Of a stretch of DNA of 64,000 nt, positions 20,232 through 30,311 are shown piece after piece. This stretch comes from Waddliaceae bacterium. GTDB lineage: Bacteria > Chlamydiota > Chlamydiia > Chlamydiales > SLFE01. Under the pieces are notes generated by a model. That model did not search any database. It had not been told where the DNA came from and saw nothing but the letters and a program-made list of their open reading frames with translations. Both the position numbers and the translations under genes were made by a program. Location of the stretch: positions 1,472,001-1,536,000 of the forward strand of contig CAVYRW010000004.1 of the NCBI GenBank assembly GCA_963771045.1, read 5' to 3'. Positions within the stretch are counted from its first letter, which is position 1; the number at the start of each line of letters is the position of its first letter.

Positions 20232-20527
20232 AGCTTATTTCCTATTTTAGCGGCAATCATGTTTGGGAGGTGCTTTTTTAAAAATTCCGCATGCTCTTCT
20301 TTATAGTTAAAGCTGCAAAAATGATCCTCAGGCTGCTTGTGCTTGATGCAATAAATACCGCCGCATCGACAATTAAATGGAATGGGATAAGGTTTTCTCT
20401 CACAGATGAAACAGCTATCTGAAAATGCTATTTTAGCTGCCTTATCCACTTGCCTCTTTTTTTTAGCTCGATTATTGTCTTCGCGAGAAAAATTCGGGGA
20501 ACCATTTTGAATTAGAGGTATTGTCAT
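20228..20527 (-). CDS. Eukaryote-like AN1 zinc-finger protein
   Basis: C-x2-C-x10-C-x-C-x4-C-x2-H-x5-H-x-C (CFICERKPYPIPFNCRCGGIYCIKHKQPEDHFC) followed by an FNYK...P...AAKI tail as in ZFAND5/6 and plant SAP proteins. Confidence 0.88.
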   Translation of the reverse strand: MTIPLIQNGSPNFSREDNNRAKKKRQVDKAAKIAFSDSCFICERKPYPIPFNCRCGGIYCIKHKQPEDHFCSFNYKEEHAEFLKKHLPNMIAAKIGNKL

Positions 20528-20611
20528 AATCAACCTTTTCTTCACCAAAACGTTTAAATCAACTTAATATATATATGTATTTTTTTGTCAAATCAGTTAT
20601 GAAGAATTTGT

Positions 20612-21775
20612 ATGAAAAAAGCTCTTGCAATCCTTCTGGTTTATCTCCTCGGACTCGTTCAGGGAATCGCTTTTACAACAATACCGGCTGCTGCAAATTT
20701 CTTGACCGGAAGCCGGGGATTTCAGTTTACCGACGCCGAATACGGCTCGATATTTCTTCCTATGATTTTCGGCGCTATTATCGCCTCCTTTGCCGGGGGA
20801 GCTCTGGCTAAAAGGTATACAGTCAAAAACGTATTGCTTGCCGGAATCTTGCTAAGCGCGGCGGCAATGTTTGTTTTCTATTCGGCGTCTTTGCTGACCG
20901 ACGTGCGTTATTCCATCATGATGCTTGTCATGCTGCTGCTGGGAACGGGCTTCGGCGCCAATATCACCTCGCTCAATCCTTTTGCCATCCATTTTTTCCC
21001 CGATCACGCAAGTTCAGCGGTCACAGCTCTCCACAGCTGTCTTGGAATCGGAACGGCAATCGGACCGCTGCTTTGGGTTCTCTACAGCGGCTTAAATATT
21101 TGGTGGGCCGATCCCATCCTTTTGGGCTTTATCTTTGCCGCCCTTTTTCTCTTAAGTTTTCTTTTCCTTCCTAAGTCAGCGGAACTCGAAGGCAAGGGGG
21201 AAGCCCCCTCCTCCCCCCACAAAACGCTTCTCGCAGTTTTTGCCTTTATCGCATTTCTGTATGGAATCATCGAAACAACCTATGGCAATTGGTCAACGAT
21301 ATATTTCCATCAGGTCAAAGGAATGTCGACTGCGAGTTCCAATACCCTCCTGTCCCTTTTCTGGGGGTCGGTTACCGGCGGCAGGATTATAGCGACCTTT
21401 TTGAGCATCGTCATTGCCTCCCGGTGGATCTATCGCGTTCTTCCCTTTCTTGTCTTCGGAAGCGCTGTCGCTTTAGTTTATATCGCTTCTTATGATGCGG
21501 CTTTCGCAGTCATGATCCTCGCAGGGTTGGGATGCTCGGCATTTTTGCCTCTTTCCGTGACCTACGGGGTACAAAATTTAAAAACAAACCCCACTTTCGC
21601 ATCAGGCCTTGTGATCGGAACCTATATGATTGGCTATGGCGTCGCTGCCGAAGGAATCGGATTTCTTCATAAACAGGAAGGGGTTACCTTTGACGCCCTC
21701 TTTATAACTGTCGCCGCTATTGCTCTTGTTCTTATCGGATTTAATTTCGTGTCGACTCTGAAGACGGATCAATAA
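20612..21775 (+). CDS. MFS transporter (FucP/TsgA-like)
   Basis: About 12 hydrophobic segments; FLYGIIETTYGNW and SLFWGSVTGGRI motifs. Confidence 0.85.
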   Translation: MKKALAILLVYLLGLVQGIAFTTIPAAANFLTGSRGFQFTDAEYGSIFLPMIFGAIIASFAGGALAKRYTVKNVLLAGILLSAAAMFVFYSASLLTDVRYSIMMLVMLLLGTGFGANITSLNPFAIHFFPDHASSAVTALHSCLGIGTAIGPLLWVLYSGLNIWWADPILLGFIFAALFLLSFLFLPKSAELEGKGEAPSSPHKTLLAVFAFIAFLYGIIETTYGNWSTIYFHQVKGMSTASSNTLLSLFWGSVTGGRIIATFLSIVIASRWIYRVLPFLVFGSAVALVYIASYDAAFAVMILAGLGCSAFLPLSVTYGVQNLKTNPTFASGLVIGTYMIGYGVAAEGIGFLHKQEGVTFDALFITVAAIALVLIGFNFVSTLKTDQ

Positions 21776-22814
21776 CGGGAATGGGCTTGGCTCCTTTAGT
21801 GTTCAGCTTAATCGCCCACAAAGAATTTGAAGAGCAGATGAACAGGATATTATTATCTTTTCCGCCGAATGTCAGGTTCGCGGTTTGCTTGGGCATCAAA
21901 AATTTTCCGATCAGTTTCCCTTCGGGATTGATGACATGAACGCCGTCGTAGGCTCCCACATAAATGTTATCGTGCTCATCGAGCCTCATGCCGTCAGGGA
22001 AACCGGGAGACACAACAGCAAAAACCCTTTGACCCGAAACTGTTTTGCCGTCTCCGGCCACATCGTAGGCGTAAATGGCGTGATGTTTTTTCTCATAATA
22101 AGTGCGAGGCGCCTGAATAGCGCCGCTGTCGATAACAAAGAGCGTTTTTTCATCTTTGGAAAAGGCAATGCCGTTGGGCATTTGAAGATCGGAAACCTGA
22201 GCGGTCAATTCTTCAGTTTTCGGGTCATAGCGATAGACATTGTTCGGCAGGTAGCACTCCTGGGGAAATTGCAGGCATCCATAAGAAGGATCGGTAAACC
22301 AGACCGTTCCGTCCGACTTGACGACGAGATCATTGGGCGAGTTAAGCGGCTTGCCCTCGTAAAAGCCGACAAGTGTTTTCACTGTGCCGTCAAACTCAGT
22401 GATCGACACCCGCCTTCCTGTTGTTTCCGCTGTCAAAAGACGTCCGTTTAGGTCTGCTGTCTGCCCGTCTGCGATATTCGACGGATGGCGGTATACAACC
22501 GGTTTTTCCCAAGAAAGCGGTGTGATCTTATTGTAGGGCTCAAGACCGTGCCAGCGAAGCATCAGAATATTGTCATTGATTTGATCGGTAAAAAAAAGAT
22601 AGCCCTCTTCCGATCCCTTCATCTGAACATAGACAGGCCCTTCGGTAAAACCGAACCCTTCAGCAATGTGGATCAATCTCGGCTCCATGCCAAGGATTTT
22701 GGCAAAGGATTCGTCGTAAACTTCAAGGGGCAGCTGCGGCGATTCTTTTTCGGGATAAGACGGAGCGTTGACAATCCCCAAAACAGCTAAAAATAAACTC
22801 AGCAAACAAGTCAT
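21741..22814 (-). CDS. SMP-30/gluconolactonase family secreted protein
   Basis: FTEGP, LNSPNDL..KSDG.VWFTDP, PNGIAFS and PDGMRLD; ATG overlaps the upstream stop (ATGA). Confidence 0.92.
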   Translation of the reverse strand: MTCLLSLFLAVLGIVNAPSYPEKESPQLPLEVYDESFAKILGMEPRLIHIAEGFGFTEGPVYVQMKGSEEGYLFFTDQINDNILMLRWHGLEPYNKITPLSWEKPVVYRHPSNIADGQTADLNGRLLTAETTGRRVSITEFDGTVKTLVGFYEGKPLNSPNDLVVKSDGTVWFTDPSYGCLQFPQECYLPNNVYRYDPKTEELTAQVSDLQMPNGIAFSKDEKTLFVIDSGAIQAPRTYYEKKHHAIYAYDVAGDGKTVSGQRVFAVVSPGFPDGMRLDEHDNIYVGAYDGVHVINPEGKLIGKFLMPKQTANLTFGGKDNNILFICSSNSLWAIKLNTKGAKPIPVIDPSSESTRN

Positions 22815-23089
22815 AAGCACTGCTGCAATACTGACCGGATCGCCTCAGCCCGGCTTGTTCCCTGAAGTTTTTTTGTCGCTCCGCTTTTGTCGATGTGCCC
22901 TTCCGCCAGTTTCACCCACTTATCACGAATTTGATCAATCATGGCAGGATCCAGATCGCGGCGGAAATCAAACGTTTCCTTGGCCGCCTCATAAATCGCA
23001 TTAATATCTTCTTTGCCGAACTTGCCCTTCTCTTTATTTTGAATGGCCTTGTCAAAAGCCTTTAGAAGTTTGCTCGCTTCCTCTGACAT
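22811..23089 (-). CDS. Small hypothetical protein (92 aa)
   Basis: Starts 5 nt after the catalase stop; its stop overlaps the next ATG. Confidence 0.7.
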   Translation of the reverse strand: MSEEASKLLKAFDKAIQNKEKGKFGKEDINAIYEAAKETFDFRRDLDPAMIDQIRDKWVKLAEGHIDKSGATKKLQGTSRAEAIRSVLQQCL

Positions 23090-23094
23090 ACTTG

Positions 23095-24539
23095 TTACCT
23101 CGTAATTTTCAAAGCTTTCCGAACCCCCGCGCCGTAGTCCTTGTGAACTTTATCGAAAAGGGCCGTTTGCCGGTCGATAATCTCTTGCGGCACACCCTTC
23201 ATCGCGTCGACGATATTGCTAAACAGCCGCTGTTTTTGATCGTCATCAAACAGCTCGAAGAGAGCCCGCGGCTGGACGAAATCATCACTGCCCTCGCGAT
23301 GGTCATAGCGGTCGGCATCGCCAGAGATCTTAAGCGGCGGTTCTTTGTAGGAGGGATTCTCTACAGCGCCGCCCATAGAATTGGGCTCGTAAAAAGCATC
23401 AGTGCTGCCGCTTTTTTGTCCGAAGAAATTCATCTTGCCGTCTTTGTGATAATGGTGAACGGGGCAACGCGGTGCATTCACCGGCAGGGCCTCATAATGG
23501 GTTCCTAAACGGTATCTATGGGCATCGGCATAAGAGAAGATGCGCGACTGCAGCATTTTATCGGGCGACCAGCTCACTCCGGCAACGATATTCGACGGCG
23601 AGAAAGCCAGCTGCTCGATCTCGGTAAAATAATTATCCGGATTGCGGTTTAGTTCCAGCTCGCCAACGTCGATGCAGGGATATTCCGAATGTGGCCAAAC
23701 CTTAGTCAAATCGAAAGGATTGTAAGAGGTATGAAGCGCCTCTTCTTCGGACATAACCTGTATCTGAAACTTCCATTTCGGAAACTCCCCCCGTTCAATG
23801 GCTCCATAGAGCATCTCCTGAGAGGTTTCACGAGATTTCCCCACAACCTCCACAGCTTCGGCATTTGTGAAAAATTTATGCCCCTGCATTGTTTTGAAAT
23901 GGTATTTAACCCAGTATCTTTCTCCCTTGTCATTCCAAAGGCTGTATGTGTGCGAGCCATAGCCATTCATGTGCATTGGGGATATCGGAAGGCCGCGGTC
24001 CGACATCAAAATCGTCACCTGGTGCAGAGATTCCGGACTGAGCGACCAAAAATCCCACATGGCAGTTAACGAACGGAGATTGGTTTTAGGATGCCGTTTC
24101 TGCGTGTGGATAAAATCGGGAAATTTATAAGGATCGCGAACAAAGAAAACAGGGGTATTGTTTCCCACTAAGTCCCAGTTGCCTTCATCTGTATAAAACT
24201 TCAGTGCAAAGCCGCGCAAGTCCCGTTCCGCGTCGGCGGCCCCTATTTCCCCGGCGACGGTGGAAAAGCGGGCAATCATCGGCGTCTTGGCACCTGGTTG
24301 CAAAGCTTTGGCGCGCGTATACTTAGAAATATCACCCGTGATCCTAAGAGTGCCTTGGCTCCCCACCCTTTAGCGTGAACGGTTCTTTCCGGAATCCGCT
24401 CGCGGTTTTGATGGGCCAATTTTTCTATAAGCTGATAATCCTGAATCAATAAAGGCCCTCTCGGACCCGCTGTGATTGAATTCTGATTATCCGGGATCGG
24501 AGCGCCTGCTGTCGTCGTCAGTTCGGGGGGCTCTTCCAT
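23095..24539 (-). CDS. katA: Small-subunit monofunctional heme catalase (one frameshift near 24355)
   Basis: [50 protein letters not shown], heme-ligand motif [14 protein letters not shown]. Confidence 0.93.
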
Positions 24540-24978
24540 CTTGACCTATCTCCTGTTGACCCCCTTTTAACAATTCCAGATGTTTTTGGAAAGCCCGAAT
24601 CGTGTCTTCGCTAACGTGATGCTCCATCCCCTCGACATCGATTTCCGCAATGTGCTTCGGAACTCCTAAAGTTATCAGATAATCCATGAGAAACGCATGA
24701 CGCTGCTTGCTCATTTTTGCGAGCTTTGTCCCTTTAGCTGTCAGTGTCACAGGCTGATTCTGCTCAGTTTTGACAAGGCCTTTCTTCCGAAGCCTCCCGA
24801 GTGTCCTCACAACGGTCACATGAGAAACACCCAAGTGCTTAGCGATATCGCAAACTCTGGCTTCGCCTTTCTGGGATATAATGTCATCTATGATCTCGAC
24901 ATAATCCTCGGCCGTCTCAGAAACATGATGATTCCGCGTCGCAATAAAGGGTTTTGCTCGTCTTAAGTTCTTTTTCAT
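24487..24978 (-). CDS. mntR: Mn-dependent transcriptional regulator MntR (DtxR family); true stop probably TAG at 24548-24546
   Basis: EDYVEII...[24 protein letters not shown] and [10 protein letters not shown] closely follow the E. coli-type MntR pattern. Confidence 0.88.
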   Translation of the reverse strand: MKKNLRRAKPFIATRNHHVSETAEDYVEIIDDIISQKGEARVCDIAKHLGVSHVTVVRTLGRLRKKGLVKTEQNQPVTLTAKGTKLAKMSKQRHAFLMDYLITLGVPKHIAEIDVEGMEHHVSEDTIRAFQKHLELLKGGQQEIGQDGRAPRTDDDSRRSDPG

Positions 24979-26005
24979 ATTGTCTCGAATTGGTAGTCTA
25001 AAGGAAGCCTGAAAAAATATCCTTTCTTTTCAGCCAGATGCTTGTTGGCAATCACGCATAAGCGATTATGCAAAACTTTGTTATCGGTAAGCTCCGATAA
25101 ATAGCGTTTATAAATGGTTCTGGTCAACTCGAATTCACCTTCTTCAATCATACACCAAGAATGTAGGAAAAAGGCAACCCACATGACTTCTATCGCATTG
25201 AACGGCCATTCCCCCAAATGTCCTGTATCGCCGAGGTCTTCTCTCTTATAAAAAATCATTTCTCCCAGACCCACTTCACCGACGATCGAAAGGATCCGCG
25301 AAGTAAAGCAAATTATGGGAATCGCGATTCCCATAATCAGCGAAATCAAACATCTGGACACTCCGTCTTTTCTAACAATTTTTGTCCGTATGCCAGCTTC
25401 CTGAAATACCCTCTGCAAGAAGACATTTTTTTTATATCCTTCTCAATTCTGATAAGCATGTCTTTGAGTTGACCATCTTTGCGATGGATCGAGCTTTTCT
25501 TTGCGGGGCTTGCCTCTTCGCATACCTTGAGGACCTTAAGACGTCTGGAAACCGGATTTTTTGAAAAGAGGCACTGAGAACTGTAGGCATCGAAAAGATC
25601 ATTCAATTTTCGATATAAATGTTTGGGAGGTCTTCGGCAACCTTCAATCCACTTTTGGCAAATCGGACCCAACTTGCAATACTCCCCTTCCCTTATCAAT
25701 TGGATCGACACTGTTCCCAATGCAATTGAAGAAAAAACAGAGATCGCCGTCCATCCTCCAGCATCTCCCAACGGCCTAATTCTCTCAAAGGGATCATTCT
25801 CTTTTGCCAGCTCGATAAATGAACGGACAGCTCCCTCAATACAGAAAAAGGATACCGAAAGGACATAAACCTTCGCTGTTACAAGCGTTCCCGCTATTAA
25901 GGATCCGCGCAGAATCCCCTTCTGTCTAATCGCACTTAAGATCCGATTAAAGAAAAAACGATCATCGGTTTGCGCATGTATTTCTCGTGCAAGTTCTATT
26001 GTCAT
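24975..26005 (-). CDS. Hypothetical membrane protein, probably one gene split at an A8 run (25426-25433)
   Basis: Two overlapping same-strand ORFs; AAGGAG RBS; several hydrophobic segments; stop overlaps the mntR ATG. Confidence 0.6.
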
Positions 26006-26020
26006 TGTCAGCTCCTTAAT

Positions 26021-26067
26021 ATTGTAGCTTAAGCTACAATTGAGGAATTGTAGCCACGGCTACAATT
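26021..26067. promoter_or_regulatory. Two tandem palindromic operators ATTGTAGC-N4-GCTACAAT (putative MntR boxes)
   Basis: 26021-26040 ATTGTAGCttaaGCTACAAT and 26047-26066 ATTGTAGCcacgGCTACAAT, directly upstream of the RBS of the mntR/catalase operon. Confidence 0.8.
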
Positions 26068-26290
26068 AAGATCTATAAAAAATCTGGTATTGAGCAATTT
26101 TGCTTGATCATACATGAGTTTTAGATAAGAAAACTTTTGGTTTTTAGAACCTATCCAACTAAAAATTTTTGTCCAGATTTGAGTTCATTTTTAGTTTTTG
26201 AGGTAGTGTAACATCGTTTCTGTAAATTCAATTTCCGAGAGAAAAGTCTTGAGGAAAAAAGTTTGAGATCAGATTCTCTTTGTCTGCAAC

Positions 26291-27490
26291 CTCTGTACTG
26301 GACAAAAAATCATTTCACACATGACAACCTCCTCTTTCTAAGCAGTCGAATGACCACAGTATCTGTTTGATTTCATTAATATTAGACTCGATGTTCATGA
26401 GTGCCCTCCGAATCATATCCAATCCCAGTCAAAATATGCTTTTACTCTTCCGTCCATGGACTTTTTTCCTGATGGGAGTGATTTTGGACTGGATTTCACC
26501 CGTTCTATAGGCCCAGCAGAAGACGATAGCCAAGACAAAGAGGATCTTCTCGATCTTATCAGGATCGGTAACATGAGTATCTTCCATGCGGAATCCGCGA
26601 CTTTTAAGGCACCCAAAAAGCGTCTCTATTTCCCATCGCCTTTTGTAGACCGCTAATGCATCTTCAAAGTCATGATTCGAAACCACGATCATGGGCTCTT
26701 TCGAACCTTTTTTGCCTTTCTGAAAGGATAAATACAGCTGCAGCCCCCATAGTTCTACCGGGACATTGAGAACTTTTTTTCTTCTTCCGTAACATTTCAA
26801 GAGTTGGTGAATGGAAATCGATTCATGAGAGCCTAACTCGAGAATCTTATACGAGCCCTTCACACGGATAACGAATGGAATGCGAGCGTCTATCAAGAAG
26901 AGAAACCAATCTTCTCCAATAAATTCACGATCAGCAGTAAAAGCTTCGATTTTCTCGGGTGAAAACTTCGTGAGAGTGCGTTTGAGCAGGGATATTCGAT
27001 CGTGTGTGGATGAGTTGCCTTCCAAGTCTAAAACAGACCAGAAAAAAGAGATGCTGATCTCTTTATAGGCGATTGAGAGCATTAATATGTTAATCGGGGT
27101 CTTGCCCCCACTTCCAGTTCGTCCGATCAAGGATGAGCGTACATTTTTGATCAAGGGGAAACAATTTGAGAATGAAGGGGGCTATACAACTGAAGTCAAA
27201 TGAGAAGTCAGTAAAGAATCTGCATATCCTGCGATAAGCAGACTCTTCCTTGCAATCTGTTTGGAATGCCGTTGCGATTTGTGCCAGGTTGATGGTCCGC
27301 ACGCAAAACAGAGCTTGGACGATGTGGGTCAAGCAAGTGATTCTGGCCTTGTCCAATTGAAAAAGTGAGCTAAAATGGTTCTTAGTTCGCTGATGTGATT
27401 CATAAAAGTACCTCGCTGGTTTGGTTTTCAACGAGTTACGATTGCATCAGCGACATTTTTTTATCAAATCATTTTTTGTCCAGTACAGAG
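26291..27490 (-). mobile_element. IS4-family insertion sequence (1.2 kb); transposase 26315-27403 frameshifted
   Basis: Terminal IRs CTCTGTACTGGACAAAAAAT / ATTTTTTGTCCAGTACAGAG; ILDRTNWKWG, ADREF and YKRRWEIETLFGCLKSRGF motifs; no TSD visible. Confidence 0.92.
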
Positions 27491-27784
27491 ATCTAAATCA
27501 CTAAAATTTTCTTCTAAAGTTTTAATGAGAAGATGTTTATCGTTAAATAAATAGTAAACCCTCTTCTTGAGATAGCCATTTTCATAAATGTGTTTATGTA
27601 TTTTTAGTTTCGAACCAGGCTGTTGATAATAGAAAACTTCAGTATCGTTGTCCTCCCATTCATGATGTACCAGGTCAAGCTCGCATAGACAGTCTTCTTC
27701 GTAAAACTCTATATCAGAATTTTCGTATTGGAGACAGTGTTCCCATGACAGAAGGAGAAAAATCGCCAAAAACATCATACACAC
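27491..27784 (-). pseudogene. Hypothetical exported protein truncated by IS4
   Basis: ORF with hydrophobic N-terminus runs into the IS4 IR at 27490. Confidence 0.5.
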
Positions 27785-28099
27785 ATGTTCCGAAATCTAT
27801 TTATTTATATAAACCTTTTTTTAAAATTATAACTTTGACATCAAATTTCTGCATGTAAAATTTATGTCGATATAGAATGGGTCACTTTTATAATAGAGAA
27901 AATTACAAAATTAAGGCACTGCCGATTTTCAAACTATGTCGCCGAGATTAACCGTTTACCTTAAAATACACATACTCTTGAAAATTGGAGATTTTAAGCC
28001 AAATGCAAAGACCCTATGAAAGAGTCGAAAAACCGTGAATGAGAGTGCCAAAATAAAAATAACACATTTTTAATAACCGAGTCTGTATTTGAAGCAAAT

Positions 28100-28182
28100 T
28101 GGGGGTGGTTGGATTTGAACCAACGTAGACCGAAGTCGACGGAGTTACAGTCCGTTGCAATTGGCCGCTATGCGACACCCCC
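28100..28182 (-). tRNA. tRNA-Tyr(GTA)
   Basis: GGGGGTGTCGCATAGCGGCC...GACTGTAACTC...long variable arm...GGTTCAAATCCAACCACCCCCA; CCA not encoded. Confidence 0.96.
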
Positions 28183-28190
28183 TTAAATGA

Positions 28191-28263
28191 TGCTGACAGT
28201 AGGACTTGAACCCACAACCGTCCGATTACAAGTCGGGCGCTCTACCAATTGAGCTATGTCAGC
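28191..28263 (-). tRNA. tRNA-Thr(TGT)
   Basis: GCTGACATAGCTCAATTGGTAGAGCGCCCGACTTGTAATCGG...GGTTCAAGTCCTACTGTCAGCA. Confidence 0.96.
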
Positions 28264-28312
28264 AAAGCGAAAGGCAATTTATAACAAATCGCAGGTTTTG
28301 TAACAACCCTTT

Positions 28313-28579
28313 TTACGGCTCAAGCGACTCGCCGGGCTCCGGAGGAACTACCGTCTCCCCTTTGTCTTTGTCTACAAGGTCTTTGTCTACCGACTTAACC
28401 CGGCTGTGCAGCGAACCGATTTGACTGATCTTCTCTGCCAGGCCGTTTTTCATCACGCTCAGGCTGCGTTTTTTCAGATCAACGCTCAACTTGGGCTGAT
28501 CTTTCTTCCAACAGCACGATTTATACTTTTTTCCCGAGCCGCATGGGCATGGGTCGTTTCTACCGACTTTCTTACTCAT
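28313..28579 (-). CDS. SEC-C motif protein
   Basis: [19 protein letters not shown]. Confidence 0.9.
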   Translation of the reverse strand: MSKKVGRNDPCPCGSGKKYKSCCWKKDQPKLSVDLKKRSLSVMKNGLAEKISQIGSLHSRVKSVDKDLVDKDKGETVVPPEPGESLEP

Positions 28580-28664
28580 AATTCTTTTCCTGTAATTGAC
28601 ATCTTGTGCAAAAAATTATAATATATTGAGTGTTTTTAAATAAATGATAAAGATTTAATTTAAT

Positions 28665-29402
28665 ATGAACCTCGTCACGCGCCCCCCTTGGAAAGGTCTC
28701 GGAAGACAAATTGAAAGCCGCTGCCGCAAGGCTCTTTACGATTTCAATATGTTCGAAGATGCCGAAAAGATTGCTGTTGCCTTGAGCGGCGGCAAAGACA
28801 GCCTGACGCTTCTCTACATGCTGAAGGGAATCGTCGGCAGAGGGTTTCCTGACGCGGAAATCCACGCGATCCACGTCGATGGCGAATACACCTGCGGCGC
28901 AGGGGTGAATCGCGATTATTTGAAAGCGATATGCCATGAGCTCGGCATCAACCTTATTGTCCGCACATCTTCGCAGACACTGGGCTCGCTCGAGTGCTAC
29001 AGCTGCTCTAGGGAGCGCCGCACTCTTCTGTTTGAGGCCGCAAGAAGTGTTGGCACGCGGATAATCGCCTTTGGCCACCACCGCGACGACAATGCCCAAA
29101 CGCTCATGATGAATCTGCTTCAAAAGGGAGAATTCGCCGGCATGCTGCCGAAGCTGCATATGCAGCACTATGGATGCACCATCATCCGCCCGCTCATTTA
29201 TATTCCTGAGGATGATATCAAGAATTTTGCCAGACAAACCGGTTTTGCGCGCATCACATGCCAGTGCCCCGTCGGCCAAAATTCCAAACGAAAGCAAGTC
29301 GATGCTCTTTTGGACGAAATGAATCAAATGTTTCCCCATGCGCGGCACAACCTGGCCAATGCCAGTCTCAATTTTGGTTCCGATAAGGCCAAAAGGCCGT
29401 AG
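28665..29402 (+). CDS. ttcA: tRNA 2-thiocytidine biosynthesis protein TtcA family
   Basis: PP-loop ALSGGKDS, CYSCSRERR, GHHRDD, IIRPL and CQCP motifs. Confidence 0.88.
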   Translation: MNLVTRPPWKGLGRQIESRCRKALYDFNMFEDAEKIAVALSGGKDSLTLLYMLKGIVGRGFPDAEIHAIHVDGEYTCGAGVNRDYLKAICHELGINLIVRTSSQTLGSLECYSCSRERRTLLFEAARSVGTRIIAFGHHRDDNAQTLMMNLLQKGEFAGMLPKLHMQHYGCTIIRPLIYIPEDDIKNFARQTGFARITCQCPVGQNSKRKQVDALLDEMNQMFPHARHNLANASLNFGSDKAKRP

Positions 29403-29453
29403 TGAAAAAAGCCTCAATGATGCTACCATACCAGGAAAAACAAGGAAAATAAA

Positions 29454-30311
29454 ATGCCGGAAGATAAAAATCTCTATAGCGAACATGAGGCCAGTACCAA
29501 TATACAAGGAGTGGAAATCGGATTGATGTTTCCCGACATTTTCAACTATGAATGGATCGGACAAAAAGATGTGATGGATCAACTCCTGGCCTCCTGGTTT
29601 GTTCTCGATAAACAAGATATTCCTCTAAATCCAAGAATTGTCGGAAAACCGGGTGTCGGAAAAACCACTCTCGCTTATGCCGCGGCCAAAAAACTCGGTA
29701 AAGATGTCTACATTTACCAATGTACGATGGACACCCGCCCCGAAGACCTGCTGATCACCCCTGTTGTGGACAAGTCAGGAGGCATCCGATACGTAGCCTC
29801 TACTCTGGTGACAGCCATGATCCGCGGCGGAGTGTGCATTTTAGACGAGGCTAACCGCATGAGCGAAAAATCCTGGGCCTCCCTCGCACCGCTTCTCGAC
29901 ACGAGGCGTTATATTGAATCCATTGTCGCCGGCCTTAAAGTAGGCGCACACCAGGATTTTAGAATCTGCGTAACGATGAACGACGACGCGTCAACCTACG
30001 AGATTCCCGAGTATATCCACAGCAGGCTGCAGCCGCAAATCTATCTTGATTTTCCGGAGGTGGAAGAAGAAAAACGCATTCTTCGCGAAAACCTCCCCTT
30101 TGTCGAAGAACATATTATGGACTATGTGGTGAACTTCCTACAAAAAGCGCACGCGGCAAGCGCCAACTACACCATCCGCGACGGCATTAATATTGCCCGT
30201 TATGCCGCAAAAAGAATCAAATGCCTGAATGCAGAGGCGCAATTCGACGGCCTTTTGAGACAAGCCGTTGTGATGACGCTCGGAGACGAGGCTCTTGACT
30301 TTCTGCCATGA
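29454..30311 (+). CDS. MoxR/CbbQ-type AAA+ ATPase
   Basis: Walker A GKPGVGKT, Walker B ILDEANR, LAPLLD.RR, FRICVTMN. Confidence 0.9.
   Translation: MPEDKNLYSEHEASTNIQGVEIGLMFPDIFNYEWIGQKDVMDQLLASWFVLDKQDIPLNPRIVGKPGVGKTTLAYAAAKKLGKDVYIYQCTMDTRPEDLLITPVVDKSGGIRYVASTLVTAMIRGGVCILDEANRMSEKSWASLAPLLDTRRYIESIVAGLKVGAHQDFRICVTMNDDASTYEIPEYIHSRLQPQIYLDFPEVEEEKRILRENLPFVEEHIMDYVVNFLQKAHAASANYTIRDGINIARYAAKRIKCLNAEAQFDGLLRQAVVMTLGDEALDFLP

Noticed and set aside
24487..24570. Possible MntR-catalase fusion protein
   Set aside because: A TAG (24548-24546) lies in the catalase frame three codons before its ATG, and an AGGAG RBS is present. The overlap is better explained by an extra G in the G5 run at 24560-24564.
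25426..25433. A8 slippery site as a programmed frameshift or phase-variation switch
   Set aside because: It lies in a zone with several other homopolymer-type indels and cannot be distinguished from error without reads.
26291..28100. tRNA-anchored genomic island downstream of tRNA-Tyr
   Set aside because: No integrase and no duplicated tRNA 3' end were seen; only an IS4 and a truncated ORF are present.
28014..28424. Short ORFs over the tRNA genes
   Set aside because: They are translations of tRNA-Tyr and tRNA-Thr sequence.
28572..29615. 347-aa minus-strand ORF
   Set aside because: Antisense shadow of ttcA and the MoxR gene with no recognisable motifs.
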